Shown here one piece after another: positions 1 through 13,200 of a stretch of 64,000 nucleotides of DNA; the stretch's first letter is position 1; each line of letters begins with the position of its first letter. Below the pieces are notes generated by a model. The model was not told where the DNA came from. It made no database searches and saw nothing but the letters and a program-made list of their open reading frames with translations. A program made the position numbers and the translations under genes. The DNA comes from Balanoglossus misakiensis. Its lineage: Eukaryota; Animalia; Hemichordata. Location of the stretch: positions 9,443,061 through 9,507,060 of the forward strand of contig CM082584.2 of the NCBI GenBank assembly GCA_040954595.2. Direction: 5' to 3'.

Positions 1-197
1 TCGAGATATAGTAAATGTGTACTGCTTCCACAACGCCACGGGCTACCTCTCCGCTTATCCCACAGACGTGTCGTTATGTGATCGAGCTGCCAAAGACAAC
101 AGCTCTAAATGTACTCTGTCAGATCATAGATACTAGGGTGTCACACTGATGTGAAACAAATCCACGAAAAGCATCTCAAATGTCATAATTTGCTTAC

Positions 198-800
198 AGT
201 TTGTTTTGGTGCAGCACTGACAGCTGCCCGGACACAGTTTAGGGGCTTCGGCGATCCTTTCGAAGGGGTCCGTACATTGTCGTTTGCAGGTCCCAAAGAG
301 GCCCGCGTTATTAGCACACTCAGAGTCCTCTGTTGTGAAAATGAATCAGAAAATTAACTCTAAAAGTTGCCTCCATTTTTCAATATTTTGTTTGAAAGCA
401 GTATGCAGAATCTCTCTGCAACGATTCACTATCGAACACTAACGTTCTACCGTAAACCTAATTCCATGCATGATCCAAATACTTTCAATGTACTCGCCTG
501 ACATAGCCGTGCAGTCATCTTCATATTCCTCTTCGCTAGGAACATGTTCGTGGGCAGCTCCCTGCTCGTGTAGATAAAACATGGAAATGTGAAGTACTTC
601 CCCAATCATTTGTGTTCTCAAGAACACAAATCGATCAAGCCACGTAATCAAAAAAGTAAACCGAAAATACCTAAATTCCTGTCTTGTAGTTGATTTGTTT
701 CGTCCATTTTTTTCGAGAACCACACGATTGCTAAGACAGAAATTTAGTTACATACCTGAACCAATGCTATGAGAAGCGGCAAAAGATATAATGGCTTCAT
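198..800 (-). CDS. Partial secreted Cys-repeat protein, paralog of the 3477-7709 gene; continues past the left window edge
   Basis: Exons 800-756 (MKPLYLLPLLIALVQ, signal peptide, GT donor), 561-498 (GAAHEHVPSEEEYEDDCTAMS, GC donor) and 329-198 (EDSECANNAGLFGTCKRQCTDPFERIAEAPKLCPGSCQCCTKTN). Phases 0/1/1 and Cys spacing match the neighbouring gene. Probable 5'UTR donor near 1043. Confidence 0.85.
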
Positions 801-3476
801 CTTCGTACCTGTCAAAGAATTTAATACTAACTTTATTAACTCACTTTTAAAGTAAAAAAAAAAACACATCAATAACGGCCAACGTACGTATGATACTGAA
901 AACACTTGGCCGATTTTAAAACGCACCGCAAATCAACGATTCTTGATTAAACTTTAGAAACGCGCTCTCTGTTGCTGACATGTTGATATATGGGTCTTAT
1001 GGAACAATTTCAACATTTTTCGACGTTTCCAAGTTGTACTCACCCGAAAATCAGACCCTTCCTGTTGCTCTCGTGATTTTCTGCCTTACAGTCTGATTGC
1101 AAATCTGCCTTTGCTTTGTCAGCTTACATTGACACTTTCTGGACAGGATGTGGCAGCCGTTGTACCATCTGGAAAGTAGAAAATAGATAGTGAGCCCTGA
1201 TTTACGGTTTCGCAAGCTGGCTAATTGCCGAATATGAACATCCTTTCGTCGTCGAACCAATCAGCATGAAGGATAAGTGTGAGTCAGCATGTAGCAGATT
1301 GCTAAAGAAAGAAGGCTTTTGTCAATAGAGTAATTTCTGCATTGACTGAAGCCGTATTTTAGTTTACATATTTAGTAACATATATCAAAAGATACAGTGA
1401 CGTCATTAATAACGGTATATGCAAATATATTGGAATTGTTGAATGGATACCTGAGAAATAATCTATAATCATAGATAATGCGACAGACTTTAAAACGAAA
1501 ACCGTGAACGTAAAAGATTTTATATGTGCATTACACCACTTGAAATATAGAAAGCATTTGACTGAAATCCGTTGTGACTTGTGCGTGTACAAGTTAAGCT
1601 ATTTTTTCTTGCCAATAAGGTCCAATCTGTTAAAAGATCAGAAGTTATTTTTATTTATTGTAAACGTGTATTTGAGTGATTATACCCTTATATGTCAGTC
1701 CCTTTGTCGATTTCATCTCTCATTGTCTTAGCAAGCGAAAATTTGCCATATGTGACTACAACGAGGAGGAGTCTATTATTCACAGGATTGGAAAGTGTCA
1801 CAGGTGTTGGGCAGAAATGAGCAGCCGCCACACTGCCTAAACAAAGTGTTTCTTGAAATAGATGACAATATAACGAAAGAGGGGGGAGATGAGACCGACA
1901 GCTGTTGACGACAAAATGCAAATTGTATAGAAGACAGATGCGATGACTCGGAGCGCTAGATGACTATAAGACCTCTCGGCGGAGCGGACGAAGCGACTCT
2001 GGGCTCTTGGTCTGACCGGGATATAACAGCGTCGAGGGTAAGTTTTGCTGATGTTTTTTTCTTGTTCAGTGGTCGTGTGTGTCCGCACAGAAGTGTACAC
2101 TTGCAGTCGTGCCTTATGGAAGTATTTGTAACGCCTTTGCATTGATTCTGCTGTTTAGTAATCTTCTGCTGGATCCACACGCACTGCAGAATGTGTACGT
2201 GGACATGCGGTTATGTAACTCATTTACTGTCTGCTCCTCCGGTGTACATGTAATCATAGACCATCGAGGGTCTAAGGGTAATATCCGTTTACAAGTCAAA
2301 CGGCCAGAAAAAAAAGGAAAAACTGCGAAAATGAACATCTGTCGACACAGGTTAGCGTTACTTATCTAGGTTGTGGAGAATATGGACACTGAGCCAAAGA
2401 ATTATCTCCATGTTTAAAGTAGCGCCCCGTTTCTGTCAAAATCGTTCCCCAGTCGCTACCTATAATCCTTTCGAATGAGAAAAATACCAAGTAACGCGGT
2501 CAAAACGATCTACATTCAATGTGTCTACCGGTCTGCGTACCCCCTTTTCGAAAAGAATATGTTTATTGTTTTGTTTTCTTGGATAACACGCGATAGTGCC
2601 GTTCGTGGACGTCATATGCATCATGATTTGGCGAAACCTGTTCGTAAGCTTTTGGGAAGTGACGAAATACAGAATTATACGCAATTAAATTGCGTATAAT
2701 TGCAAATAATTCGGGAGGATGGCAAAACATCTTTACTTGCTTCTTAGGCGGTGATCCAAATATCTTCAGACCATTGATATCAAATTAGTTTTCCCACTCC
2801 ATAGGATTGCCGTTTAATTGTCAACACTGGATACTTAAACATTCCAAAAACATCAATCACACCAAAACTACCGAAAACTTTATTTAACACCATTAACATG
2901 GCGTAATTACATTATTCATATACATGTAAATGAACGATACCGCCTGGTCAAAGTTCAACTGATTGGGTCGTACAATGCAGGTGTATTTCACAATCCTGAC
3001 GGGCCGGCGATGGCGCTGTTAACATATTTGGTCCACTCGATTTGGATTCGTTCACCATCTCGACATCATTCAAAATGTTGCAATGAAAAAAACTCACACA
3101 TGTTTTTGTTTGATATTTAATACCACCCAAATACCACCATAACTCTAGAGGAAACAAACCGAATATACCCTCAAATCCCATGCCACAAAATTCAAATCAA
3201 AATTATATATGTAATGGTTCTGGGTACATCACACGGTTATTCTTATTATTTTTTTAGCATTTTTTTGTCAATTGCAACGGATAGAGCCGTGAGGAGATTG
3301 AAAGGTTATCTAAGTAGTTGGTTGATTATTTAGATACATATTTTTTAATTTCTTTATCGGTGACTGGTTCATTGTTCGCTTCTGTAAGATATCGGTTTTC
3401 TAGGTCGGCAGCGCCGTGGGGTCACATGGTAAACAGTAGTCAGCTTTGATGTCCTTCGGAAGGATTAGGTTTAATC

Positions 3477-6400
3477 TCATTCACAACTGAAAAATAATAA
3501 AGAAAAAGAAATCGAAGTCAGACAATTTCGACTGAGTGTCACTTCCGTTTGTGTGTCGGGGTCATCTACAGTGACAAGGCCGCCATTTTGTTTCCGCGTG
3601 ACGACCTGCCATTCCGTGTACATGTAACTCCCAAACCAAGCAGATCTAATGATATTTTGTACGGTTTCTATTTATAGATCAGTAATTGTGTTTGCTCTGC
3701 AATGTAAGAAGTCCCAGTGATTGACATTTATGAGTACAAGTTTACGACAACCACTCTCAATCGTCGTTCTGTCTCGGTGACAGTATTCCATTTATGATTT
3801 TACCCAATCACCAACAAACATCCTGAGCATTTGATCGATCGTCAACGTAAAAAAAATCCTTTACTGGCGCCAACGGTCGTCGGTTGTTGTTTTTATTTCA
3901 CTTACTTAACGAGCCAACTGTCGAAGAAAACATTGAAGTCATCCTTCGGCATCTTGGGGAATGGTTGCATATCCAAGGTGTAAGTATCTTCTCCCACTTT
4001 GTATGTCAGATCATCATGTTTTATGCCGTTGCTGTCCCCGAGGAGACCCCATACTTTCCCGTGTTGAGACTCATGCAACTTTATCGAGGTTTTGCCCTTG
4101 CCATTGTAGTCCACTGTTAGTTTGTCCGCGAGGGTCACCTCAATGCCCTTCTGGTTCTTGCCCCAGTCAATCTTCATGCCGTCGCGTTCGTAGGGAAACT
4201 CCCTATAGTCAATAGGCACGTTGTTTACCTTGAGAATAATGATAATAATAGTAAAAATAATAGTAAAAACAAAAATGGGAACATGAACATCCAGACTAAA
4301 AAAGGGTCATTAATAACGTGAATTAATCACGTGACCATAACAGCAACTCGGGGCATGTAATTTGCAGAGTGAGACCCAGGCGGTTTTTTAATGAAAATAA
4401 CCATCTACATATATAAATGCAGATGTGTGGTAAGTGGGGGCTCCACGTTGTCTTCGACGAGCACGCGGCATGGACAAATCATTGCACCTGGTGCACCTTA
4501 AGTTCATATGCAAATAAGGTATGATGTCTGGAACACTCACTTCGACGTCCACCGTTTTCCCTTCCTCCGCTCCTAGCGGTACCCCGAGTTCGACAATGTC
4601 TTCATTATTCTTGATCTCTAAGGCAGATACATAAGCGACCAGCTTACGATCGGTTTGTGCGGCCATCACGTGTCGGGCGTGCACGTAGAAGCTTGGATTC
4701 TCGGCCCTTTCCTTCGTCAGCACGTATGTGCAAAGGCCGGAGAATTGGAACTTGTATCCATCAAATGTGTAGTAGTGGGTACCAAGACCCTTTTCGCCAC
4801 CCTCTGTCGAGACCAATAAAAATATCAACATTAGGAGCAACAAAAGCTATCCTGATTAGCTAAAAATAACGCTTGGAGCAGTCTAGTTCCAACTCGTTGG
4901 TCAAGTACGCTAGAACCGAGGCAAGTTTAATTGAAAAAACGTGTTAGACGAAACGTAAAGAAGTGTTAATGAAAATGAGCCATTTGTTTCCAGACAAAAG
5001 ATTACGGAGGGGCCTTATGTTTTCCACAGAAGCAGAACTACAACACGCTTGATTGCTTATAAATCTTGTAATATTCAAAGGAAGTTGTTCTAAAGCTTAC
5101 CACCATCGGCGTGATGATTTTCTTTGTGATCTGTAAAATAAGGATTTGTCAGTTGGTTGAAGTCAGGAAGAGGCTAAAGGGCTAGTGACTAGTGAATATG
5201 CGCAGTCATTCATCATAAATGTTTCAAGAGAACGTGGTTTCTCAGTGGTCAACCATTTTTTCAGTAGGCAGCCAATCACAGCACCGCTACTTTCCAGCGG
5301 ACAGCCGAGGTAGAGCGAAAGCGGATTGAGCGTGTGGAGAGTCCATGTGAACACCGCCATAACAACCGTAACACTTACTGTGAATGACTCCTCCATGTCC
5401 TGTGAAAAGAATTACGTAGGAAAAAGAAGAAATCGATTAGGTTTCTTGTGCGAAATCATATGTGTGCACAAAGTGTTTGTTACTAGTAAAGGTAGCGGAA
5501 GTTCAGTAAGCCGTATTTTTTCAAGGAGGTTTGTGTGTAAAAACCACGGGCTACTGAACTGCAGCTGCTGTATTAAAGGCATTTGATTGAGAACTGATAT
5601 ATGCACAGATGGAGAGAACGAGAGAGAGGCAGGGAGAAAGGAGAGAGAGAACGAGAGAGAGAGGCGAGAGAGATGCAGGAGAGAGAGACAGAGAGAGATG
5701 GGGAAGGGGAGAAAGAGAGAGAAGGAGGATAGAGAGAGGGGAGAGGAGAGAGTCTATAGATACGAGGGAGCAATGCTTGCGATGTGCCAGACGTAAAAAC
5801 TAACCCTTTTCCTTGCAGCAAACGTAGCCTTCCCTAGGTAGACACAAATTGTCAAGGAAAATAGTTTGAAGACCCTGCTCGCAATTCTTGGGGGCACAGT
5901 ATCCCCCCATTTGGATCAGACTGCACTCAGCTGGAAGTAAAACATAACAGGAATCATGAACTCGACCACAAACAGGAACTTGCCAATGTGCATGTATGCT
6001 TTACCTCAACCATCACTCGCAGTAGCACTGAGTTAAACGGAAGAAATTAGGGCATCTTTGTTGCGGATTTGTAGTCATAAAAACCCTCGAAATCTGTAGT
6101 GAATCCACTTTGGCCATGTTCATCAAAAGACCCTTGCACGAAAATAATTTAACCCTGTCCACGTGCAGGCACAAGATTTAGTGTCTTCGGTTCCCTTTCT
6201 ATCAACGCCCCTTGAACGAGGAAAACTGAAGCAGTGTACTTACAACGGAATACTGTACAACATTTGCAACCGTCTTTGCACATATGTGGACCTTTGGCTT
6301 CGACTTCATTCTTTTGACAATCTTTTCTGCATTCTCCATAAGTACCCTGGTTGACCATGCACTCCGATTTTTCTGATGACGGGAATTTAAAATACACGTG

Positions 6401-7709
6401 AGAAGGTAAAGATACAGTAATGTTACAGTATAGTTTCTGGCTTACTCGTCCGTATATCTAGCATATGAATGCGAACAGCCTCACCTTCACCAACTGAACA
6501 TGAGTCGTGTTGTCCTACATCTCTGTAATAGTTGGCACTCTGAAAATGAAATTACAAACACTTGTGTTACAAGCTCGGAATTACGAAAATGTGACAACGA
6601 ATCCCGGCAACGAATCTATACTTTGAACTTTCACATACCGGCACCCCTACGCACAAATACTCAAAACCCACGTTCACATTCGTCAATCCGATTGAAATTT
6701 AGGGCGACGTAAAGTAACTATGTTTTGGGGAGAGGATTTGGGCCGCGGAGGTATTGAAGAAAAGAGTACGTGTATATTATAGCTGGCGGCCATTTTGAAT
6801 TTTAATTAAGATAATACAGCTGTGGAATATATTTGTATCGTGCCCCCCCCTCTCCCCTCCGGTGCTATTTCAATGTCTCCTTGGGATCATTGCAGTATGA
6901 TCGGCATTTTGAAACTCTCGAACTGGTGGCAGATCGGCGGACTCTCCCTCGCGGAAATAATGTTTTATTCAGAAATCTGACGGGCGTATTATACCGGAAT
7001 AAAGCTCCATGACATCACATCCGTTTTATCTCGACGTCCAGGTGACAGATCAAGCTGTTACCGAATGGTGTGTTTTATATTAATTTGCATAAACAAAATC
7101 ACATATAGATATTTAAAAAAAAAAACTTTAAAAAGCAGTAACTGATAGCAAACGGGGAACTATATAAAACAAAATATGAAGTATTTAGTGTAATCTCACT
7201 TTATTGGCATTATATATATAAACTGAAATATTGTATATTTTCCGTATAAATATACATCATTAAAATAAAAATATCGATTATAAACAACTTAAAAAGGTGA
7301 TAGCAAAATGGAACCTATAATCACAAATACTTAGTATAACATTTTATTAGCACAATAATTGCCAACATAATGTTTATTTTCTAAATTTAAACATTAAAAT
7401 AAAACGATATTATCTACAGATCTCTGTCGTTAAATCGAATGTCGCGCTTTTTCAAGTATCGGTTTCCGTAAATAATTTTATTAAATTCTGATTTCTTCTT
7501 CCGTTATTTTTTCAGGGCTGACCTACCAGATACCAGACTCAATTTTGGTGTCACAGCAAGGCATGGATTCAGGCCCGGGAGAACACAGTTGCAACCCTAA
7601 TGCATATCTTGAAACTGAATCGTTTGGTTTGATAGTACAACGATTTCCTTACCCTGACAACAGTGGTGTGAACGCAGACAAGAACGACGATAACAAGAAT
7701 GGACTTCAT
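3477..7709 (-). CDS. Secreted protein, 337 aa: signal peptide + 2 beta-defensin-like Cys repeats + His-rich linker + VWD domain
   Basis: Nine coding exons with compatible phases: 7709-7653, 6539-6485, 6372-6244, 5930-5805, 5399-5379, 5130-5101, 4803-4541, 4228-3906, 3486-3477 (1014 nt). VWD motifs HYYTFDG..F.G.CTYVL, GKVWGLLGDSNG...DDL and SWLVNC. Non-coding exon donor near 8588. Confidence 0.85.
5609..5751. repeat. GA-rich simple repeat (intronic)
   Basis: Imperfect (GA)n/purine tract. Confidence 0.9.
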
Positions 7710-8249
7710 TTTCGCACCTGGTAAAAAAAGAGAGGAAAGTGTCAATGAACGATCATGATTCACATAGTCAACACACACAGTTCGGACTTCGTTCATCCTT
7801 TGCGCATGCATGATTGTGTTATTTTCCCCACAAGGCCACAGACCCTTTTCAATCATTGTCGTAAATTGTAAACAAAAATCTGACGGAAGAGCGAAATCGG
7901 TACACGGTGCGGGCGATTAATTTCCGTTGGGCGAAGGCGTACAACGTGTGCCGGAGTTTTACCAATTAATTATTTTTGGATTAGTTTCGCCATTTTGTTT
8001 GGACTGATTTTTTTAGCCCATGAGTTACAGCACGCTCACACGACAAACCGCGATTCAAAACCGCATTCGCTTTGTTATAAAGCATCCGGAACCTACAAAC
8101 TGGTTCTACCTGTAAATGAAGATTAAATGAACAAAGTCGGAATTCAATATGGCACTTTGCATACCTCACATTCTGAAGAAATTAACATTTCTGTACAATT
8201 CCCTTTGTGGTTTATTTTAAGTTCAAGTGTTGATAACTTAATGGGCCAT

Positions 8250-8517
8250 TATCTGTAACTTCTGGCTATTTCCCAGTATTGTTGTTTCATGTCTCAACAA
8301 CATTTTCTTTGTTCTTCTCCCAACAATATACAAAATGCCCAGTTTTCTGATAGTCAACAAGTCATGTGCATGTGTACCAATCATTGCTACTGACTACATT
8401 AAAGAAAATACGCACTAGGCACAAAATCGATATCCTATTGGGAGACGAACAAGAAACCGCGGCTGATACACAAAACAAAAAATACTGAACAAAAATAGCC
8501 CAAAGTTAAAGACATAA
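8250..8517. mobile_element. Foldback/MITE-like element with about 80-bp imperfect inverted arms
   Basis: 8250-8330 (tatctgtaacttctggctattt...gttcttctcccaac) aligns with the reverse complement of 8431-8517; spacer about 100 bp. Confidence 0.6.
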
Positions 8518-8713
8518 CTTGAGAGATATCTCTGAAATGGTTCCTTATAACAGGGAGACGATTTCAGGTAAATTTGGTGTTTCTTACCTGTCAAAGAAAC
8601 CGCGCGCTCGTTCCCTGCTCGTCACTTCGACTGAACTGTGAGTTGATTTATCAGCAGAGGAATGTCGTCATCCGGGCGAGGAGACGATCATCCCGTCAGC
8701 GGAAAAGGCGCCA

Positions 8714-8745
8714 ACCAATGAAGGGGACGGGTAGTTGACGTCAAC
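8714..8745. promoter_or_regulatory. CCAAT box and CRE-like palindrome upstream of the VWD gene
   Basis: ccaat near 8716 and gttgacgtcaac (TGACGTCA core) at about 8734-8745, just upstream of the putative first exon. Confidence 0.35.
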
Positions 8746-10050
8746 TCGCGAGCTCTCGTCACATCTGTTTCAACTTTCTGTCGTAGGAACCGCCCTCCCT
8801 AGCAACAAAATCCGTTTGGGGTGATTTTGTTCTTGCACACACAAAGGTAGCTATGTGGAATTTGGGAAACATCCTGCGTGGCAACTGTCGGATGAGGATT
8901 AAAGAAGAAAAGAGCAACATTCTACGCGTACAGCGTAAAATTTAGTAGATCAGTGTGTATGCTGAGGGGGGGGGGGTAACGGACAATATTACGTAGTTAG
9001 ATTAAGGTTATTTTTTCGGTGAGAGCGGCCGAATAAAGTGTGAAAAAGAAATGAGAAAAGTCTCTGAAATTTTCGTAGTCCTCGATTGAGAGTTCACTAA
9101 GCGGGTGCATGGTTGTCGAGAAACCGAGCGACCAAAAGTGACTTTACTTTTGATTTGACCCAAACTTTTACACCATATACCCTCTACGTTCAAAGATATT
9201 TAGCTGATTCAGCGATACTTTCTACGGTTAAATGCAATGCAGCCTTCTGAAGATTCGACCGAAAACGGGAACAATGTCCCTATTTCACGCAAACGTGTCA
9301 CATCGTCACTGGAATTACCATGATAGCAATGTACGCACATTTAATACTTTAATGATAAATAATTTTCAAACGACGCCGTCCCGTGATCAGGCCGATGCCG
9401 GTTTGGGATTACGTCTGGGCAGAATACTCCGGTAATTAATATTCATTGCGCGTTTTATTATTTCACAAAATTGATGTTTAGAGGTCTGGAAAACTCAAAT
9501 CTAAAAATTTCAACCGAAGTGTCAGCGGCGTCAAAAACTGATGCATGTCGATGTTCGTGGTCCTATTTTTTTTAGCTCCTGTGTGCATACTCGTACATGG
9601 GGAACTAATGTTATGCTGATGTCGGTAGTGTGTCTGTTGGTGGACACGGTCTCGGGAAATAGCATGTGACTCGGGGTAATATACGGCTGCTATGGCCCTC
9701 ATGGCCAGGTAATAGGTGTTCACTATCAACTGTAAACATTTGTATAACTGTCTGTCAATCACATTTGGCTTTTGTGATCGGCAGCAGGAAAATAAATTTC
9801 ACCTTTTGCGATTGATACTATCTGTCTTGTTAGCATTGCAAAATATGCTGTGTCGCTATTATCGGATCAGAGTTGGAAGTTCGCGGATAATGTTACACAT
9901 CAGACTTTGCAGTCGATAGTGTATGCAATGAGTTTTTGTGACGTGTACCTTCAATAAAAGCAGCATCTTTTGATATCATGTATTATGACACTGTCGGTGT
10001 TATAATGCCAAGTGCATAAACTTGATATGCCTTTTAATGTTATACTATGA

Positions 10051-10228
<178 letters not shown>

Positions 10229-13200
10229 AATTGACAGCAAGAACCCTGTAAAAAGCAACGGACCAAACTCTCTTCCATCCACATCGAGCGAAACTAAACC
10301 AGGTTTGATCTGCGATTTTAAACGCATTTCACCATTTCTAAGGAAGCATTCACGGCCACAGACAGCTTTGGAAAAGTGTTAAATAGCGAGCGGGCGTTCA
10401 CTACAGACACCACACTAAACAGTGACTTCATCCATGCGGGAGAACTCAAAAACGCATTTGTCGACTGCGGGCATCGATGTCATCGCTTTTATGGATAAAC
10501 ATTTTCCACAACAGAGCACGGGCGTTTGGCACCGAGACAAATCAGCGCATCGATTTGGGACCACGGCGGACTGCAAGCTGTTACCACTGCACAAACCACT
10601 AAGCCGTTCGCTGTACGGTCTTTTGTATTCTGTATAAATACGCAGTGACCACTTTAAGCACATTAGATGGCACCAGATGCGTGTCAGATTAAGAAAACTG
10701 TCATATTTTAGGAGACTATGTTCCACATGCCGGCTGTCACTTATATGCAATGTCTGACACTCCAATTTTCTTTTTCAATGGTTACATCACGAAAAAAATA
10801 CGTATACGTCACCATATACGTATGGACCATGACTGTCGTGTTTCGGACATAACTATTTTATGATTTGACAAGCGGGTACAGTCAGAAAACGTTTCTCAAC
10901 ATGCTGCCATATTTATTGCTCTGATTTTACCGCAGTAGTCAATCCCTAAGTGGCCCTTGAAATGTCCAGCAGGCAACAAGTCACAATTCAACTGTATTAA
11001 ACGACTCAGCTGTAACAAGCAACGCGAAGGCGTGTTTTTGACGCAGTTGTGATTCACCGCGGCGTTTCACCTATTTCGCGCTGCAACACTTTCTTTACTC
11101 GTGCAGAAATACTTTTTTTCATTTAGGAAATGACTGATAATTTGTAATCGTAAAGGTTTGAATATAACAGCACGTATATCGATTTGCAAGTGCTTCCAAC
11201 TGAAGATAAAAACATGACTGAATCCCCCAAAAAGAAGAATATCGCTGACTCAACCGTTCGCTCGAAAGTTGATAATAATGTTAAATTCTCGTTCATCCGT
11301 AAGAGTTGTTATAAAAGGAGCAATAAGACTTATCTGTTGCCTTAGTTACACTAACAATGGGTGATAAATTGTAAACAACAGCGATTATGTGTTTATATGT
11401 GTTTGTGATCGGATTTCTGCATCAGCTTGGATGTAATCCACGCAAAATATCGGCTCGCGCATCGGAGATTCTTAGGATTGGCCAATACTTTTTGTATTGA
11501 AAAACACGGGGTCATTTCGTTCCAATGTATGTGTCATGGCTACCTCAAGAACAACCGATCGGATTTCAACCAATTTAATGATAATAAATATGGTTTCCTG
11601 GGTGTGGCATGAATATAAGGTATCAAATACTTTCTTTCTGGTAATGATTGTCTACGTCACCGTAATTAGTGGCATGCATAGGTGCTTATCATCTTCTGTC
11701 GCTCGCACGGTTTATTCAGCGACAGGTGCACGGTTCCTGATTGGGTTGTCGCGTGTCACCGCGTGGGGTTGGAGCTTAATGGACCGGTGCAGCGGATGTA
11801 TGGCGATGAGACATTTGCAACCGATGGGTCTGACAGTACGCTGTCAGGTGCTATCATCGATCACGGGCAAAATAGGTTTCACTCACCGTGCGCGATAAAA
11901 GGGTGTGGTTTTTACGATAACGATTTTAAAGATACGATTGCTTCGACTTTGAATTTCACGAAGCGGCGAAAAACAGTCGTAGAACTTTGTAGGGGTTATA
12001 AACATCAAGTCAAGTAGACAGGGGAACGAAAAAGTATATATAAGTCAATTATATTTGCTGTATGTGAGGTTAAATCTATTGAGCGTGTTTACTAGTACTT
12101 TCAGCGTTTTCGTCACAGATGGATTTTGAAGGATCTGAGTCGAGAGATAAAACGGAAAGTTAGCCTTTCGGTTGTCCGATTTAGCGTCAAAAACCTCCAC
12201 AGCTGTGAGATCTCAAACGGATATATCAGTGTAGGTGGATTAAATACGTTTGGCTCCCGCGGATCGGCAACCGAGCGGGTCAACGTACGGGAAACGGTGA
12301 CTAACACGGCCACGTGAAAAAGTAGATAAAAAACCTGTGGGCGGTCACGTGGGAGGAAGTTTGAAGGATGGACTGGATAGACGGAATACAATGGGGGAAA
12401 ATGAATTTCCCCATTAATAGGGCGCACTGAAATGTCTCTACAGTTTGAGTTATGAATAAACCATTTATAGCCCCTTTTCCTGAAAACAATATTGTGAAAA
12501 ATATGAAATAAAAAAAAATTCTGTATCATTCTTTAACGGGTGCCATTTAGCTAACGTGACGACGTACCTGCCCAGTGCAGTATAGTACATCCTGACATTT
12601 ATTTTACTCAACTCTTCGTTTACTCTGGCCCATTCATCATTAATCCTGATATATCATCAAAACGCACAAACACCGTATCAAATTACCATGGCTGTCGGCG
12701 CATTAAATTTACCCTTTAATGTTGACGTGATTGACAATACAAACGCTGCAGATGGGCGTAATTGATGGGTTAAACATGATTGTACATGGTTCCGATAACT
12801 CAACCTACCCTAATTTTTACTTAACCGACTTTGAACTTTTTTCGCAGTCAAGTACAATGCTGGAGTAAGTAAACAATGTTAAACGAGAATTATCATGAAA
12901 GTAACATACGAGATTTCGGTATAAAAAATTATTTGGAGAAAGTTTCTCTCGGTCGTTTTGGAATTCAGCTCAGCGGGCGCACTGTAGCAGTAACAAATAA
13001 CCCGTTCTGTAGATGCATATAATAACGGTAGCCCTCTAAGGGGTAATTGCCACTTATCGGCTCGGCAAGCATCGTTGCTTCGTACCCTCTTCAAAGACCA
13101 GGGTGCATGCATTGTTGCTTCTTATATACAAATAGCTTCAATGCATCTCGGAGGCCCCTTTGTTGGAGGCTGTCCTCAGCACATTGTTCGCTGTACACAC

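Noticed and set aside
9565-9710. Possible Helentron/HINE-like element start (ttttagctcctgtg...catggggaact)
   Set aside because: Only a weak sub-terminal inverted repeat and no second copy in the window; cannot be supported without a repeat library.
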